NCBI RefSeq assembly: GCF_902713615.1
Contig: NC_052168.1
Span: 496,001-560,000 of the forward strand
Length of the DNA stretch: 64,000 nucleotides
Direction: 5' to 3'
DNA from: Scyliorhinus canicula
Taxonomy: Eukaryota
Part shown: in pieces, positions 60,291 to 64,000 of the stretch
Position numbering within the stretch: the first letter of the stretch is position 1
Layout: each line of letters opens with the position of its first letter
Program-made: the position numbers and the translations under genes
The notes under the pieces: generated by a model
The model's database searches: none
The model's input: only the letters and a program-made list of their open reading frames with translations
Told to the model about the DNA's origin: nothing

Positions 60291-61736
60291 GTGAGAAACA
60301 GCTGTAAAACTGAGCATTTTTTTATTCATTCGTGAGATGTGGGTGTCGTTGCCTGGGTCAGCATTTAGTGCTCATCCCTATTGACCTTTGAACTGAGTGG
60401 CTTGGTAGGCCATTTCCGAGGGAATTCAAGAGTCTACCACATTGCTGAAAGAAGTTACCGGAACTTGATGGGCCTGGGTCAGCATCATTCTGCCTGAGTC
60501 AGTTTTCTTTCATCGCTGATGAGTGATGTCCATTGGGATTGAAGAGTGGGGGAGAAAATAATCATTATCTTCAAGGAAGGAAATTAATGAGGTAAATCCG
60601 GGAGACAATCCGTTTCCACAGCAAACCTGTATTCGTTGCATTCTGTTGAATGTTTGGAACTGTACATGAAGTTGTCGGGAAGATTGAGTTTAGATTAGAA
60701 AACTGGATTTAGATCCATCCTATTTGGCTGGAGCCTACAAGAGATGTATCGATGCAAAGCATTGACCGGGAAGCAGCAGCTAGACGGCAAGGACAGCAGA
60801 AGAGTGGGAAAGAGAAGATTACAATATCAAAATATTCCAGAAACTGGGAATCTGAAATGCAAACAGAAAATGCTCAGCATGTCTCAGGCAGCATGTATGG
60901 CGAGAGAAGCAGAGCTAATGTTCCGTGTTGTGGTCCTTTTGTAAGGACAGGAAAGGAAAATTGTTTGGCTGAATGTGGGACAACATGAAGATTGCAGACT
61001 GTTGCTTAGCAACAGAATAATCAAGTGGGTTTTGAAAGTCAAAGGAAATTTTAAAAAGTTAGACAATATTTGTGCTAATAAACTTTAATTTTAAGCATTA
61101 TGAATTGAGTTTTTTACTTGTGTTACTATTTGCTACAGATATATTCAGTGTAGGGAAAAGCAGCTGATCGGACCTGCAACAGAGGCACAAATATTTGGCT
61201 CAATTGTGATATTAAATGTTGTCTGAAGCATTGGGCTACATGGCAGAAGATTCCCAAATGACTAGACTTTGTGAGATTGCTGTTTGATGACTACATTAGT
61301 TCAGCTGATCCTTTTGTGCTCCGTGGCAGGCGTGAGTAAATGGCGTTAGATCTGAATGGGAAGTGGACAGACGGATGACCAGCAGCTGCTCCAAAGGGCA
61401 GAGGTCTTGCTGATCCCGAGCAGTGAAAGACTCTGCACCTGCCAACTCCAGACTCAATGAGTCTGGAATTCTCAGCAGGAAAGTTGCTTTCAGGAGAAAA
61501 TTGCAGGAACTCTGAAAAATAGAAAACAAAAGCCAGACTAAAGACTAAAATGGTTGCCTAGTAAAGTTTAAACAAAGCAATTTTCAGTAGCTTGTATGTT
61601 GGCAGAGGACATGTTATACTGTTTTGCAATAATTTATAATGTGTAAAACGAGCTGAGATATTTGAACACAAGTTTGTGCGTTTCCTGGGCACACATTGAC
61701 AAATCCCATGCTCGCTAATGGACTATAACCATAACT

Positions 61737-62056
61737 GGGCGACAGGGGTTAGCACTGCTGCCTCACAGCTCCAGGGAACCGGGTTCAATTCCGGCCTCGG
61801 GTGACTGTCTTTGTGGAGTTTGCACGTTCTCCCCGTGTCTGCGTGGGTTTCCTCTGGGTGCTCCGGTTTCTTCCCACTGTCCAAAAATGTGCAGGTTAGG
61901 TGGATTGGCCATGCTAAATTGCCCCTTACTGTCCAAAAGGTTAGGTGGAGTTACTGGGATAGGGAGGTGATGTGGGCTGAGGTACAGTGCTCTTTCGGAG
62001 GGATGGTTCAGACCTGATGGGCGAAATGGCCTCCTTCTTCCCTGTAAGGATTCTAC
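61737..62056 (+). mobile_element. Full-length V-SINE
   Basis: Head with GGTTCAATTCC, V core, tail. Confidence 0.9.
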
Positions 62057-62162
62057 CAATCAATTTTTTAACCCATGGAATCTCCAACTTGCCAACCTCA
62101 ATTTTGGTGAGTTGGTTTGGAAAGGACAATAAAGTGACTAGATTTTGAAATAAATATGATCT

Positions 62163-64000
62163 TAGTATAGAGCTCTGCGTACACTGAGGCAGTATGGAGT
62201 GCTGCGTACACCGGGGGCAGTATGGAGTGCTGCGTACACCGAGGCAGTGCTGCGTACACCGGGGCAGTATGGAGTGCTGCGTACACCGAGGCAGTGCTGC
62301 GTACACCGAGGCAGTATGGAGTGCTGCGTACACCGAGACAGTATGGAGTGCTGCGTATGCCGAGGCAGTGCTGCGTACACCGAGGCAGTATGGAGTGCTG
62401 CGTACACCGAGGCAGTGCTGCGTACACCGGGGCAGTATGGAGTGCTGCGTACACCGGGGCAGTGCTGCGTACACCGGGGCAGTATGGAGTGCTGCGTACA
62501 CCGAGGCAGTGCTGCGTACACCGAGGCAGTATGGAGTGCTGCGTACACCGAGACAGTATGGAGTGCTGCGTACACCGGGGCAGTGCTGCGTACACCGGGG
62601 CAGTATGGAGTGCTGCGTACACCGAGGCAGTATGGAGTGCTGCGTACACCGAGACAGTATAGAGTGCTGCGTACACCGGGGCAGTATAGAGTGCTGCGTA
62701 TACCGAGGCAGTGCTGCGTACACCGGGGCAGTATGGAGTGCTGCGTACACCGAGGCAGTATGGAGTGCTGCGTACACCGAGGCAGTATAGAGTGCTGCGT
62801 ACACCGAGGCAGTATAGAGTGCTGCGTACACCGGGGCAGTATAGAGTGCTGCGTACACCGAGGCAGTATAGAGTGCTGCGTACACCGGGGCAGTATAGAG
62901 TGCTGCGTACACCGGGGCAGTATAGAGTGCTGCGTACACCGAGGCAGTATAGAGTGCTGCGTACACCGAGGCAGTATGGAGTGCTGCGTACACCGGGGCA
63001 GTGCTGCGTACACCGAGGCAGTGCTGCGTACACCGGGGCAGTATGGAGTGCTGCGTACACCGGGGCAGTGCTGCGTACACCGGGGCAGTATGGAGTGCTG
63101 CGTACACCGAGGCAGTGCTGCGTACACCGAGGCAGTATGGAGTGCTGCGTACACCGAGACAGTATGGAGTGCTGCGTACACCGGGGCAGTGCTGCGTACA
63201 CCGGGGCAGTATGGAGTGCTGCGTACACCGAGGCAGTATGGAGTGCTGCGTACACCGAGACAGTATAGAGTGCTGCGTACACCGGGGCAGTATGGAGTGC
63301 TGCGTATACCGAGGCAGTGCTGCGTACACCGGGGCAGTATGGAGTGCTGCGTACACCGAGGCAGTATGGAGTGCTGCGTACACCGAGGCAGTATAAAGTG
63401 CTGCGTACACCGAGGCAGTATAGAGTGCTGCGTACACCGGGGCAGTATAGAGTGGCTGCGTACACCGAGGCAGTGAGACGGTGCTGCGTAAGACCGGGTC
63501 AGTATAGAGTGGTCTGCGTACACCGGTGCATATAGAGTGCTGCGTACACGTGGGGGGGGGGTTGGCAGTATAGAGTGCTGCGTACACCGAGGCAGTAGGG
63601 AGTGCTGCCGTACACCGGGGCAGTGCTGCGTACACCGAGGCAGTATAGAGTGCTGCGTACACCGAGGCAGTATGGAGTACTGCGTACACCGAGGCAGTAT
63701 AGGAGTCTGCGTACACCGAGGGCAGTATGGAGTGCTGCGTACACCGAGCAGTCTGCGTACACCGAGGCAGTGCTGGCGTACACCGAGGCAGTATGGAGTG
63801 CTGCGTACACCGAGGCAGTGCTGCGTACACCGAGGCAGTGCTGCGTACACCGAGGCAGTATGGAGTGCTGCGTACACCGGGGCAGTAGGGAGTTCTGCGT
63901 ACACCGAGGCAATGCTGCGTACACCGAGGCAGTAGGAGTGCTGCTACACCGAGGCAGTATAGAGTGCTGCATACACTGAGGGCAATGCTGCGTACACCGA
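62163..64000. repeat. 20/27-bp composite minisatellite GTGCTGCGTACACCG(A/G)GGCA plus optional GTAT(G/A)GA, runs off the window
   Basis: Direct inspection. Confidence 0.97.

Noticed and set aside
51453-64000. Long repetitive ORFs at 51453, 54080, 57122 and 61941 onward
   Set aside because: All coincide with tandem arrays
48342-64000. Next TEAD exon (GRNELIARYIKLRTGKTRTRKQ)
   Set aside because: Not found by eye; presumably beyond the right edge

Overview
Repeat-rich vertebrate genomic DNA, most likely a cartilaginous fish (shark/catshark-type), inferred from HE1/V-SINE-, DeuSINE-, CR1- and Penelope-type repeats. Two host genes are visible, arranged head-to-head. On the minus strand there are three coding exons of a secreted Dickkopf-3/DKKL1 (Soggy)-like gene (signal-peptide exon 23936-23998, Soggy-domain exons 21146-21280 and 2042-2125), continuing past the left edge. 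On the plus strand there is the first coding exon of a TEAD/TEF-1-family transcription factor (48090-48341), which appears to start at a non-AUG AUU codon as in TEAD1. The arrangement matches the mammalian TEAD2-DKKL1 locus, but three assembly gaps lie between the two genes. The rest is intron or intergenic DNA: CR1, L1, Rex1/Babar and CR1/L2-group LINE fragments, many SINEs, a hAT MITE, a solo LTR, a Gypsy remnant, Penelope termini with hammerhead-ribozyme motifs, and about a dozen unrelated minisatellite arrays (roughly 18 kb), several of which grew out of transposon sequence. Almost all long ORFs in the supplied track are repeat or gap artefacts. Family names and homologue comparisons are from memory, not database searches, and repeat boundaries are approximate unless a TSD is quoted.
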